From assembly GCA_965644315.1 (NCBI GenBank), contig CBFFRQ010000018.1, forward strand, positions 372,001 to 436,000: a DNA stretch of 64,000 nt, in the 5' to 3' direction. The stretch's first letter is position 1; each line of letters opens with the position of its first letter. A program made the position numbers and the translations under genes. The notes under the pieces are model-generated. The model had not been told where the DNA came from and did no database searches. It worked only from the letters and a program-made list of their open reading frames with translations. The DNA is from Caecitellus pseudoparvulus (lineage: Eukaryota > Protista > Bigyra: Bicosoecida). Shown here in pieces: positions 1 through 12,696 of this stretch.

Positions 1-1569
<1,569 letters not shown>

Positions 1570-1692
1570 TCAGGTCAGAGGGGGGGTAGGGTGGGGGGGG
1601 CATTCATGCCCGTGCGCGTGTCAATTCACCTTTTTCGACACTGCCCACTCCGCTGCATGCGCGCCTGCGACCTGCGCCACGTGCGGCAGTGC

Positions 1693-3108
1693 ATGGAGTT
1701 TCACGTCAAAATCCGCAACGCGCCTGGAGCGAGGACTGCCGCTGCCCCAGAGCCTGCTGCCGCGTGGAGCGACATCGCCTTCGAGCCTGACATGGCAGAC
1801 TTGGAGGCTGGAGGCACTGCCAGCCATGCCAGCTACGCCCGCATGGACCGAGGCGGGGAGCCAGGCACCGCCCCTCCTCCCACCAGCATGGCCGGCAGCG
1901 CAATGGACGCCCTCTCATCCTGCGCTGCGGCAGTGGCACGGGCTGTGACAGACTGCTTCGGCGGGGGGGCAGCCTCCACTCCTGGCTCCAAGCCTCGTCA
2001 GGCAGACTTCCCCGCCCTCACAGTGGGCTCGGAGCCTCTTCGAGTGCTGCGCCTGGTAGGGGAGGGTGGCTTCGCCTACGTGTACCTGGGGCAGGGCGCC
2101 CGCAGCGGCAAGCAGTACGCCATCAAGCGCCTGCGGTGCCAGACACAAGAGCAAATCGCGCAAGCCCAGTGGGAGGTGTCGGTGCACCGAGAGCTGGCGC
2201 CTGGGCGCCCCCGCCTGCTGAAGCTGCACACAGCTGCCTTCCAGCCACTGGCCCCCACAGGTCAGGAGGCGTTCCTGGTGCTGGACTTCCACGGGGGCGG
2301 GACAGTGGACGACGTCCTGGCCTCGCGCCGCGCCCAAGCTGGCGTCACGCCCGCCGGCCACAGTCCCTGGTGCTACCCTGAGCAGGAGGCACTGGCGCTG
2401 GCGCTTGGCGTGGTGGAGGGCATGGCGGCCTTCCACCACCACTCGCCTGCCTGGGCCCACAGGGACATCAAGCCCGGCAACATCCTCCTCTCAGACAGTG
2501 GCGCGCCGGTGTTGATGGATTTCGGCTCCACTGCCGTCGCCCGTGTGGCGGTGGCCACACACCAGGACAGCCTTCGCCTGCAAGAGACAGCGGCGGAGAA
2601 CTGCTCCATGGCCTACCGAGCGCCAGAGCTGTGGGACCCCCCCACACGCACGACCGTGACGGAGGCCACGGACATCTGGGCCTTTGGCTGCACTCTGTAC
2701 GCGTTGGCGTTTGGCTTCTCGCCGTTTGAGGTGAAGTGGGTGGTGCCGCGCTCCGAGGCCAGTGCGGGGGCTGAGCCACCGGCACCACCCGGCAGCAGCG
2801 ACGCGCGGGTGACCATCGGAGGCAGCGTGCCCCAGGTCGTGGATGTCACGCACCTGCGTGTGCTGGGCAGGGTCCCCTTCCCCGCCCAGCACCCCTACTC
2901 AAGCCACTTCACAGACCTGATCCTGGACTGCCTGGCGACGGACCCTGCCGCACGCCCCGACGCTGACGTGCTCATGGAGCGCATTCGAACGCTCATTGAT
3001 GTCGGCTCGCAGGGGGGGCATGCGGGTGAGGCGGGGGAGTTTGTGGGGGACGGCGCCGTGTACGGCAGCATGGCCTCCAAGCACGGCGCAGCTCATGAGA
3101 TATTCTGA
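1693..3108 (+). CDS. NAK-family Ser/Thr kinase, STK16/MPSK1/Env7-like (start codon uncertain)
   Basis: [32 protein letters not shown], the NAK-type activation segment [26 protein letters not shown]. Confidence 0.88.
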   Translation: MEFHVKIRNAPGARTAAAPEPAAAWSDIAFEPDMADLEAGGTASHASYARMDRGGEPGTAPPPTSMAGSAMDALSSCAAAVARAVTDCFGGGAASTPGSKPRQADFPALTVGSEPLRVLRLVGEGGFAYVYLGQGARSGKQYAIKRLRCQTQEQIAQAQWEVSVHRELAPGRPRLLKLHTAAFQPLAPTGQEAFLVLDFHGGGTVDDVLASRRAQAGVTPAGHSPWCYPEQEALALALGVVEGMAAFHHHSPAWAHRDIKPGNILLSDSGAPVLMDFGSTAVARVAVATHQDSLRLQETAAENCSMAYRAPELWDPPTRTTVTEATDIWAFGCTLYALAFGFSPFEVKWVVPRSEASAGAEPPAPPGSSDARVTIGGSVPQVVDVTHLRVLGRVPFPAQHPYSSHFTDLILDCLATDPAARPDADVLMERIRTLIDVGSQGGHAGEAGEFVGDGAVYGSMASKHGAAHEIF

Positions 3109-3268
3109 CGTTGCACCCCCTGCACAAAACGCGCCTGCTCAGTAGACCCCGGTGAGGGAGGACTTGGTCTGTTCGATTTGGATTCCAATGCAAGCTTGCC
3201 TGTGACAGGGCTTGCTGCCGCCTCTCCAGCAATGCAGCCAGGAGTTTCGCTGCCGTTTCACGATCGCC

Positions 3269-4794
3269 ATGGACGTGTTTGACGCATGGCTTGCCATGGG
3301 CAGGGCGATAGCGCACCATGCTGCATGTGGAGGTGGGGCGAGGTGTGCATTCCTGGGGCCGCACATGTCTTGCACGCCACCTGCTCACGGGAGTGGCTCC
3401 GCCCGCAACGCAGGAGCATTGTTGTGCGTGGACTGAGTGGCTTCCCCCACAGCCGCTGCACGCTGGAGCAGTGCTACGCCTTGATGGCAAGCTTTGCAAA
3501 GTGCGTACCGAGCGGGACCCCCAACTTGCTTGCATTCCGCCGTCGTGACTCTGGCCACGCCACCTCCTGCAGAGCCTGCCCCGAGCCCAGCCTCAGCGTC
3601 GTCGCGCAAGCAGCAGCTGAGACAGCCAAGCTCCACCCTTGCCTGGCTGGGACCATCATGGCGTCCACCATGGCCCTCTTCCAGTCCTGGAGGTGGGATG
3701 ACTCCGTCACCTACTCTGGCCTGCGGGCAGCCACGCTGCAGTTCGCCGCGATGAGCCCCCCCCAGAGCCCTCTGGCTCCGCCCACCGCAGATGTACTGCT
3801 GGAAGCAGCTGCACACAGCCTGCACGCAAGCGCACGGCATGTCTTGACAGAAGTGTCCCGCAAAGAGGCCGCCTTCGCTGTGCTGGATGCGCTGCTGTCC
3901 GCTGTGCAGGGGGGTCGGGTCTCTCTCACGCCCCCCCTGCACATTCACTCCACCTTGGCATCGGCATGCTCCGTGACTTCCAGGCCTTCCGCCTGCACCT
4001 TCACCCTGCCCATGCCACGACAAGCCATCCTGCACGCCTGGGCTCGCACCCACGGAGCCCGTGCCCGTGTGCTCGTGCTGGGGGGTGCTCTCAAGCCCTC
4101 CTCAGCCGAATCAGCCGGGCGCGCGCTTCGTGCTCTGGCTGCAGCAGGCTGCACGGCCCTTCTCCTGCAGAAAGGCACACACAAGGCTTTCCAGGTCCAG
4201 GCATTCAGGGCAGGGGTGCTCATCCTGCCACACCTGGGGCTGGCACCCCTGCCTGACGCAGCGAGGTGCGTTGGCGGGCAGGTGGTCCCAGATGCTTCAG
4301 CCTTGGTCAGTTGGAGTGCAGAGCAGCTGGCGCAGTGCATGGGGGACGCAACGCTGAGGCTAGAGCCTTGTGCTGTGGAGCCTGGGAGGGCCCGGGTGTG
4401 GCTGCAGGGCGGGGAGTCCGCCCCACCCGCCATTTGCATTACGGCACCCACTGAGTGGCAGAGCAAGGCCATATCTTGCGCCGTGCGGTGCACAGCAACA
4501 GTGTTAGCGAGCATCGTCTCAGGGATTTCCACGGAAGGGCCGGTGAGGCCACATGTTCCGCTGCACGTGCTCGCAAGCGCAGCGGCGCAGGTGGCTGCGT
4601 TGCCGGCGCGGGTTCCACGTGGCGCTGCAACGCCGCTGTACACCGGGCCCCACCCAGTGCTGAGGATGGTGAGGACAATCACAGGCTTGGCATTGGAAGC
4701 AGGGGCGTTGGTGGTTTCCCGGCCCTCCGCCTCACTGACCTCCTGCGGGGCAGGGAAGCCGCAAGTCCCCGTCGCTCTTTGGCAGGGGTCTTGA
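3269..4794 (+). CDS. Highly divergent chaperonin-like protein, possibly MKKS/BBS6-like (two probable introns near 3343-3413 and 3501-3572)
   Basis: ALLLQKGTHKAFQVQAFRAGVLILPHLGLAPLPDAARCVGGQV resembles the MKKS apical motif (LVLCQKVIHP...IDRIG...L..MTG.Q). The N-terminus loosely follows the CCT equatorial layout. No GDGTT motif. Confidence 0.4.
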
Positions 4795-5085
4795 GCAGGG
4801 TCACGTGCGTGCCTGGGAGTACGACGTGTTGCATTGGCAGGTGTAAATTCAAAATCACGCACCATACGGCACTGGAGAAAGAGGTTGCTTGGGTGGCCGC
4901 GCGAGAGGCCCCACACCACCCCCTGCTTCCGGCTCGCCGCGAAGGGTGGGCTTGCGGTTCCACACCAGGGCCAGGCAGTCACCAGGCAAAGCGCACCGAC
5001 AGGTTGACTCCTCGAACAAGCCCCAGAGCGAAGGCTCCGCGTTTTTAGCAGGCGCACAGCACAGATAGTTGAAGTGACTTTCGCC

Positions 5086-7139
5086 ATGCGCGCCCTTTGT
5101 ACATTGCTGGCCTTGGCTGCGGCCACCGTCGCCTCTGGCTCTGCCGCGCTGAAGCTGCCCCTGCGCCGCCAACAGCATGACGTGAGCATGGCTGCGTACG
5201 CTCTGCCGTTGCGCTCTTTCTTCTCACGCACCTAATCTTTGCTTTCATAGGGTATCAAAATGGTGCCTAGACGACTGTTCGCGGAGGGCGCACCCATTTA
5301 CGGAGCATTCCGGGAGCTTGCGTGCGTCTGGCGTTTCATGCATGCAACGCGTACCTTCTGGCTCCAACACCGCAACGCCCCGTCGAGGCCCTCAGGTACT
5401 TCTACTCGGACGTGTGGGTCGGCACTCCACCCACCAAGTACTCCGTCATCACCGACACTGGTTCCACACTTATGGCTTTCCCGTGTGCGGACTGCCCCAA
5501 GTGTGGCAAGCACGAAGGGGGCAGGTACGACGGCACCAAGAGCAGCACTGCCAAGAAGGTCGGCTGCGGGTCTGGCTGCCCGGGTTCCTGTGACAACAGC
5601 CGCAGGCAGTGCTCCTACAGCCAGTCGTACACGGAGGGGTCGTCGCTGCGTGGCGTGTTCTGGGAGGACCAAGTCTGGGTGGGGGCCAAGGTCTCCCAGC
5701 CGGCAGAGGGCGAGTCAGGCAAGTACGGCATAAACTTCAAGTTTGGCTGCCACACGTACGAGAACGGGCTGTTCACAAGCCAGCTGGCCGACGGCATCAT
5801 GGGACTGGGCCGGGACGGCAAGAGCATCATTGCCGCTCTGCGCTCCTCTCAGCGCCTCGACAAACAGCTCTTTGGCATGTGCCTGTCCCTGAACGGGGGT
5901 GCCCTCACCCTGGGAGACATTGACACGTCGCTGCACACTGGGGAACTCAAGTGGCAGGCCTTCACGGGGCGGACCGGCTTCTACACCGTCGCCACCGGCG
6001 CTCTGCGGGTGGGCAACAACGTCGTCAAGTCCTCCGCCGCCACTGCCATCGTGGACAGCGGCACCTCTTTCACGTACCTGCCCGGGGCACACTATGCTGC
6101 ATTCATGGCTGCCATCAAGCCTGCAGCGGCCAGTGTCCCTGGCGCCACGCTCGCCACTGTGCGGGGCGAGGACCTGTGCTACCGCTTGTCCGACCCCGCC
6201 AAGCAGCTGCCCCAATTCCCCTCCATGGACCTGGCGGTCGGGGCCCTGACTTTCCACGTCCGCCCCGAGCACCTGTTCTTCAACATGGTGTGGGATGGCG
6301 ACAACGTCTTCTGCCTGGGGGTGTACAACAACGGCGGCTCCTCCGGCGTCATCGGTGCCAACGCCATGATGGGCTACGATGTCATCTTTGACCTGGAGCA
6401 GAACCGCCTGGGGCTGGCCCCTGCCACTTGCACCCAGCCGGCAGCAGCCCACGATTTGGGGGAGAAAGCTGCCGCATCCCCCGCGGCGCAGCCTTCAGGG
6501 GAGCCCACTGTGAGTCCTGCCCCTGCTGCTGCGTCGCCCTCCGCTGCTGCACCAGCGTCTTCCACGTCAGCTGCTTCAGCGTCACCAACCCACGTGCCCG
6601 CTGAGTCCCCCTCCCAACCTGCCCAGGCGGCACCTTCCCCTGCAGCTGGGGCTGCCTCCCCCACTGCCACCACCTCACCTGCTGCACAGGGCGAAGTGGG
6701 CGAGAGCCAGACAGGAGGCACCAGTGTGCCCACTGACCTGCACTGGCAAACTCAGGAGCCCAGCTCTGTGTTTGGCGCAGGCTTCGCGGCTGGCTTTGCT
6801 GTGCTGCTGGCCATTGGCTTGACAGCCCTCGGCTGCGTGAACTGCCGTCGCTCGTACTGCTCGTGCGGGGGCCTGGTGCTGCTCAGCACCAGCAGTCAGT
6901 TGTGGGTCAGCATGGTGGACGCCCAAGCTCGCGGTGCGGTCGCGTCAGCCACCACAGCCACAGGCTCCAAGTTCACGGACCGGGAAGGGGAGGACAGCAA
7001 ACCCTCGGCCGCCCCGGCAGCTTCCATCAACACACCCCAGACTGGCACCTTAGATGCAGACGTTGAGGCTCAGGTGTCTCTGGCACAAGCTGCAGCAGAC
7101 TCACATCCAGCAGATGCGGACGTGTTTGACAGCGAGTGA
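5086..7139 (+). CDS. Membrane-anchored A1 aspartic protease, plasmepsin V/ASP5-like; introns 5182-5250, 5322-5395
   Basis: Signal peptide MRALCTLLALAAATVA. Catalytic DTGS followed by MAFPCADCPKCGKH (nepenthesin-type insert). Second motif VDSGTSFTYLP. Pro/Ser/Ala stalk and a C-terminal TM helix. Confidence 0.85.
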
Positions 7140-7328
7140 GGCGCCCCTCGCCGCCTCAGTGCCCAGCGCAGCTCAGCTCAATGCACACTTTCTCGACTTG
7201 CATGGCACTGCCCAACCAACGGCAGAGAGCTGGGGTGCCTAGCAGGAAACGTCACTCGTCCTGCTCACCGCTGTGCTGTCGCAAGCAGTGGTTGTGGTTG
7301 GTCGCTGCGGCAGTGCTGTGTCGTCAAC

Positions 7329-10300
7329 ATGGGTGCCGCCAAGGCTTACGAGTCCAAGTCGCGGTTCAGCCGCATGTGGCAAGATAGGTGCGACTGATCC
7401 ACTCAACCTGGCCAGCCCCGCCTGCCCCTTTTTAACGAAATGACGCCGCTGCGCCCGCTGCAGACGCGTTCAGCTTGTCATTGCTGGGCTGAGTGTCATC
7501 ATGCTGGTGTGGGGCGTCACTGGCGGCAAGGGCAAAGGCCTGCGCTCCATCGTGGAAAGTGCAGTGGTGGACACGGACTTGCCTGTCATTGACGAGGTCT
7601 TCCAGCCCACGCCAGGCCCGCTGAACACTCCCCACGGCGGGAAGCTGGTGAACCTGGTGGTGGAGGGGGACGAAGCCAAGGCTGCCGTGCGTGGCATGGG
7701 CTGCCCCCTGCCGGGTCTCGTATGCGTGTAGCGTCACCTGCTCCCCACCTGGCTTTTATCGCAGTTGCTGACGTCTGCCCAGGACCTGCCGTCGTGGACT
7801 CTGACTTTGCGCCAGCAGTGCGATATTGAGCTGCTGATGAGCGGTGGCTTCTCACCCATTGACCAGTTCATGGACAAGGCAACCTATGACAGCGTGGTGA
7901 AGGACATGCACTTGGGGTCCAAGTATGATGACGCGGTGTGGCCCATGCCCATCACGCTGGACGTCACTTCCGAGGTGAGGCAGGCACTCTGCGGATTTTG
8001 AGCAAACGCCTGCAGGTGTTTAGCGAGCCCCCAACCGCGCGACAGCGCCTGCAAGCATGAGCCTGCTGGGCATGGGCCCTTTCTTACTTGTTGCTGCTGT
8101 CCGCCCTCACCCTTGGCTGGCACACCTATCACGCTGCACGGCAGCGGCTCCACGTGGCAACAAGCATGCCGCCTTCTGGCTTGTGCGGCGCCGCGTGTCA
8201 CCCCGTGCCTCCCCTCGCTTCCCAGTTTGGCAACACACTCAAACCTGGAGCAAAGATCGCCCTGCGTGACGAATTCTTCAACCTCATCGCCATCATGACC
8301 GTGCAGGAGACCTGGGTGCCCGACAAGGCCGTGGAAGCGCAGGGCGTCTTCCGCACGACAGACCAGAGCCACCCTGGCGTGGACTACCTCATGAACATGG
8401 CTGGGCCTGTGTACGTCTCGGGTTCCCTGCAAGGGGTGCAGCTGCCCCTGCACTATGACTTCCTGGACCTGCGCCGCACCCCGACAGAGCTGCGCAGCCA
8501 TGTCAAGGGTCTGGGCTGGAGCAACTTCCTCGCCTTCCAGACTCGCAACCCCATGCACCGCGCGCACATTGAGCTGACTCGCCTGGCAGCGGAACAGACC
8601 AACCTCGGCGTGGTCATCCACCCTGTCGTCGGCATGACCAAGCCTGGTGACGTCTCATACCATGTCCGGGTGCTTTGCTACAAGACCATGATCGCAACAC
8701 ACAAGTACTACAAGCGCAAGGGGGTGGTGCTGTCCCTGCTCCCCCTCGCCATGCGCATGGCAGGCCCCCGAGAGGCCCTGTGGCATGCTCTCATCCGCAA
8801 GAACCACGGCGCGTCCCACTTCATCGTGGGGCGCGACCACGCTGGCTGCAAAAACGCCGCTGGGGAGGACTTCTACGGCGCCTACGACGCGCAGGAACTG
8901 GTGGCGTCCGTCAACGACAAGATCGGCATCACCATTGTGCCCTTCCAGAAGGTGGTCTTCGTGCCGTCCCTGCAGAAGTACCTGCCGCAGGACAAGGTGC
9001 CGCCCAACACAGAGACTATCTCCATCTCTGGCACCAAGTTCCGCGCCATGATGGCTGCTGGCTCCGCCATCCCTGCCTGGTTCTCCGAGCCCAAGGTCAT
9101 CAAGATTCTGCAGACAGTGGCGCCGCCCCGCCCTCGCCGTGGCTTCGCCATCTTCTTCACGGGGCTGTCGGGCGGCGGCAAGACCACCATCTCCCACGCG
9201 CTCATCTCCCGCCTCCGGGAGCTGGTGCCCACCCGCCACCTGACCATCCTGGACGGAGACGTCGCACGCACACACCTGAGCAAGGAGCTGGGTTTCTCCG
9301 TCGCTGACCGCAACACCAACGTTGCGCGCATGGGGTATGTTGCTTCGGAGGTGGTGCGCCACGGTGGCATCGCCATTGCCAGCACAATTTCCCCCTTCGA
9401 GAAGGCGCGCGCTGAGAGCCGTGCCCTGGTGCAGGCGGCAGGTGGGGCCTTTGTCTTGGTGCACGTCTCCACGTCTGTCCGCGTTTGCGCTCAGCGCGAC
9501 GTGAAGGGGCTGTATGCAAAGGCGGACGCGGGCAAGCTGCCGCTCACTGGCGTTGCGCACCCATACGAATTGCCGGACTCGCCAGACCTTGTCATCAATG
9601 CGGACGTGGTTGAGGTGGACAAGTCAGTGCGTGCCATCCTGCGCTGGCTGAACGAGAACGAGTACTTGGAGGACGCCACAGTGGGCAGCGACGTGACCCA
9701 CTTTGACCTGCAGGCACTGGGCCTGAGCACCACAGGTGTCGTGGACGTCTCTGCACGCCAGTGCAACTTGCTGCCAGCCGGCACCGCTGGCAGCAAGCTG
9801 CCTCGACTGGTGGTGGTGGTGGCCCCCACGGCCTCCCGTGTCTCAGCCATCACTGACGAAGCATACCGTGGTGCAATTGCGGGGGACTACGCCGCCGAGT
9901 GGATGGGTGTCATGGACATGTGGGGGGCCAAGCACCCTGGTGACTCCAAGGCAGCCCTGCGCATGACCTTGACGAGTGAGAACGTCGACGACGCGGCGTC
10001 CTCTGTGCTGAGTGCCAGGGGCGTGAAGCCTGAGGATGGCGCCAGCGTCCACCAGTTGGTGGTGGAGGATGACCGCACCGAAGTTGCGTGGGGCCTGTGG
10101 ACTGCCGTGCGCACGTCAGCTGCCACGACGGCCGGCGTGGAGAAGTCTGTCTTGGAGAGCAACCTTGTGCAGCGTGTGAGCGAGATCCCAGGTGCGCCTG
10201 AGCACGTCTTGGTGTCGGCACCGGCTGAGGCGCTGCAGTACCTGCCAAACTTCTTGCGCATGGACCCTTGCGCCAGCGCCATTATTTTGGCTGATGATAG

Positions 10301-10481
10301 TGGTGAGGCACCCAAAGGCATGTCCAGCTCTGCATGGAGCCAGTACGTATCTGCTGCCCAGAAGCTGCGCTCCACCTTCATCACACGGGTGTCTTTGCTG
10401 GATGCCAAGGGTAAGCAGGCACAGAGCCAGAACCCCCACGCAGCTGATGCAGAGCAGCTCTTGGCTGGCCATGCAGCCTAG
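7329..10481 (+). CDS. Bifunctional ATP sulfurylase-APS kinase (Sat/MET3 domain order) with N-terminal membrane anchor and extra C-terminal domain; introns 7388-7463, 7687-7764, 7975-8225
   Basis: PHGGKLVNL, DIELLMSGGFSP, WPMPITLDV, AFQTRNPMHRAH, MRMAGPREALWHALIRKNHGASHFIVGRDHAG (ATPS). FFTGLSGGGKTT, LDGD, RDVKGLY, PYELP (APSK). Splice junctions checked for frame. Confidence 0.93.
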
Positions 10482-10584
10482 GTAGCCACAATCCATACCC
10501 CACCAGAGCTCTGTATGTGAGTTTTCATCCCAGACAGCATTGATTGCCTGGTCTCGTGATGAGCTGGAAGGGAGGGCAGTGTGC

Positions 10585-12687
10585 ATGGCGGGGCAGGCAA
10601 GTGATTTCCGCATCCAGGCTGGGGCAAGCACCTGCTCTCTTCACCGAGCCCTGGAGGTGATCCTTGCAAATCGCTGGATTTCATGGCTTGATACATGCTC
10701 TTTGCGTGCGGCAAGCTCGGAAACATGCGCTGTCGCGTGCAGGTCGATCCGGAAGCTGGCGTTTCGCCCTCCACTGCCCTGCGCCGCTGGCCCGGCCCAT
10801 GCCCCTCCAACGAGACCGCTACCATCCCTGGCCCCAGCGCTGCTGGAGTATGTTGTGGACTTGAGACATGCACGTGAAGTGCTGCTCTTGGGTGACATTT
10901 CACGCGGTGCCTATCTGCTTGCCAGCCACCTCAAGCACCTACCACACAGCACGACAAGCCTCAGGTGCTCAGCACTTGCTTGTGCCATTCCCCACGAGCA
11001 CCACCCGGGAGGGTTCGTGCAAGCTGCGATACACTGCGCTGGGGACTTTAAGCTGCCAAGCAGCTTGGAGAGCCTGGAGCTGCTGAGGCCCCGCCAAGCT
11101 CGAAGTGTGGATGGCACAGACATCGCAGCGGCACTGCTACGATCAGACCTTCCCAGCCTCCGCTCCTTGGCCCTCCCCGGCTGGGACCTCTGGGGGAGTG
11201 AGGCAGCAGATCAAGCCTTTTCACAAGCGCTGGGGTCCTTCTCGGCACTGCAGACCCTCACCATTGGTTGCAGAGGAGGGGAAGCTGGTCGGGCCGACAG
11301 AGTGGCCTGCAGCATTGCAGCTGCACACAGCCTCACACAGCTGCGACAGCTTCAGCTGGTAGATGTACATGTACAGTGTTCGGGTTTGCCTGCCGCTAGC
11401 GAAGCGCCATTGGAGTCCCTGTGCCTTGACGGGGTGCGCCTGTGCTGTGACGCGCAAGCAGATGTGAACGGCCTGGCAGCCTGGCTGGCTGCGTGTCCGT
11501 TGCGGACGCTAAGCCTGAGCCATGTCAACGTGGGAACAGTGGCCTCCCCTGCCATTGCCACAGCCCTGCACGCCCTCGCACCCACTTTAGTGGAGCTGAG
11601 GCTTGACTGTTGCTACCTCCCTGCGGCTGCTGTGCGTGGCCAGCTCGGCATTGCCCTCGCAGCGTGCAGAGGACTATCGAGCGTATCTCTGCAGGCGCTT
11701 CCCAGTGATGGAGACGTGCTCTTCCCAGTCATCAAGCGCCTGCCCCTTTTGCTCTCATTGGACTTGAGTCACAGCCCTAGCCTGCTGCGGGGCACAAAAG
11801 CGGCACGCTTCTGCCGCTGCGTTGCACCCCACGCGGCAGCGCTTCACACACTTCGACTCGCTGGCTGCGGGATGAGCACACAAGGCATGCAAGTCCTTTC
11901 TTTGGCCCTCTCGCAAGGGCCCACATTAAGCTTGTCTTGCCTTGACTTGCGGAGCAACGCCATTGGCAGTGACGACGGCGCGACGGCCCTGATGCACCTG
12001 CTGGCACGGAGCAGCGCTTGGAGTGAGGTGTCTGTCGAGGCCTGTGGACTGCAACCGGTGGGGGTCACCAAGGCCTGCTTAGGTTTGGTCGCAGGGGGCT
12101 GCAACGCGCTGGGGTGCCTCCGCCTCGGCAGCAACCCACCCGCTTCAGCCTTCTCACAGCACTTGGCGAATCCTCACATGGATGCAGGTGCGGAAGCCCT
12201 TGCCAGTGCATTTGAAGATGCAGAAATAGGGGCCAGCGAAGTGGTGGAGCAAGCGCGAGCGAGTGACCTCTTTCACCTTGATGTTGGTCCAGAAGGAGTG
12301 TGCAGTGCAGCCCTCGCTGCTGTATGTGCTGCGGCACCCAAGCTGACCAGCTTGCATATCGGGCACAATCACGCTCCTGCACCGATGGTCTCGTGTGTGA
12401 TGGCCGCACTGGAGGCCTCTGGTGCGGCGCAGCACCTGAGCTGTCTCGATTTGGACGAGTGTGACGTGCGCGACGAGCATCTGCAGGGCATGCTGCCTAC
12501 AGATGCTTCTGGAGCATGGCACAGCCTGCAGCGCCTGCATATTCGCGGCTGCAGTGGCACGTCGTCCGATAGCATCTTGGCGCTGAGTAGGGCGCTGCCC
12601 TCCGTCACAGTGGAGACGAACAAGGTGTCAAAAGAGCGCCTTGCCGCAGTTGCACTGTGTGACGCCCCTACGGGAGAGCTCGGCTAA
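10585..12687 (+). CDS. RNI-like leucine-rich repeat protein with a possible N-terminal F-box-like segment
   Basis: Repeated LxxLxLxxN/C motifs (LRTLSLSHV, LVELRLDCC, LSCLDLRSNAIG, LTSLHIGHN, LQRLHIRGC) in a 700-aa ORF. Confidence 0.75.
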   Translation: MAGQASDFRIQAGASTCSLHRALEVILANRWISWLDTCSLRAASSETCAVACRSIRKLAFRPPLPCAAGPAHAPPTRPLPSLAPALLEYVVDLRHAREVLLLGDISRGAYLLASHLKHLPHSTTSLRCSALACAIPHEHHPGGFVQAAIHCAGDFKLPSSLESLELLRPRQARSVDGTDIAAALLRSDLPSLRSLALPGWDLWGSEAADQAFSQALGSFSALQTLTIGCRGGEAGRADRVACSIAAAHSLTQLRQLQLVDVHVQCSGLPAASEAPLESLCLDGVRLCCDAQADVNGLAAWLAACPLRTLSLSHVNVGTVASPAIATALHALAPTLVELRLDCCYLPAAAVRGQLGIALAACRGLSSVSLQALPSDGDVLFPVIKRLPLLLSLDLSHSPSLLRGTKAARFCRCVAPHAAALHTLRLAGCGMSTQGMQVLSLALSQGPTLSLSCLDLRSNAIGSDDGATALMHLLARSSAWSEVSVEACGLQPVGVTKACLGLVAGGCNALGCLRLGSNPPASAFSQHLANPHMDAGAEALASAFEDAEIGASEVVEQARASDLFHLDVGPEGVCSAALAAVCAAAPKLTSLHIGHNHAPAPMVSCVMAALEASGAAQHLSCLDLDECDVRDEHLQGMLPTDASGAWHSLQRLHIRGCSGTSSDSILALSRALPSVTVETNKVSKERLAAVALCDAPTGELG

Positions 12688-12696
12688 CGTGTGCAT

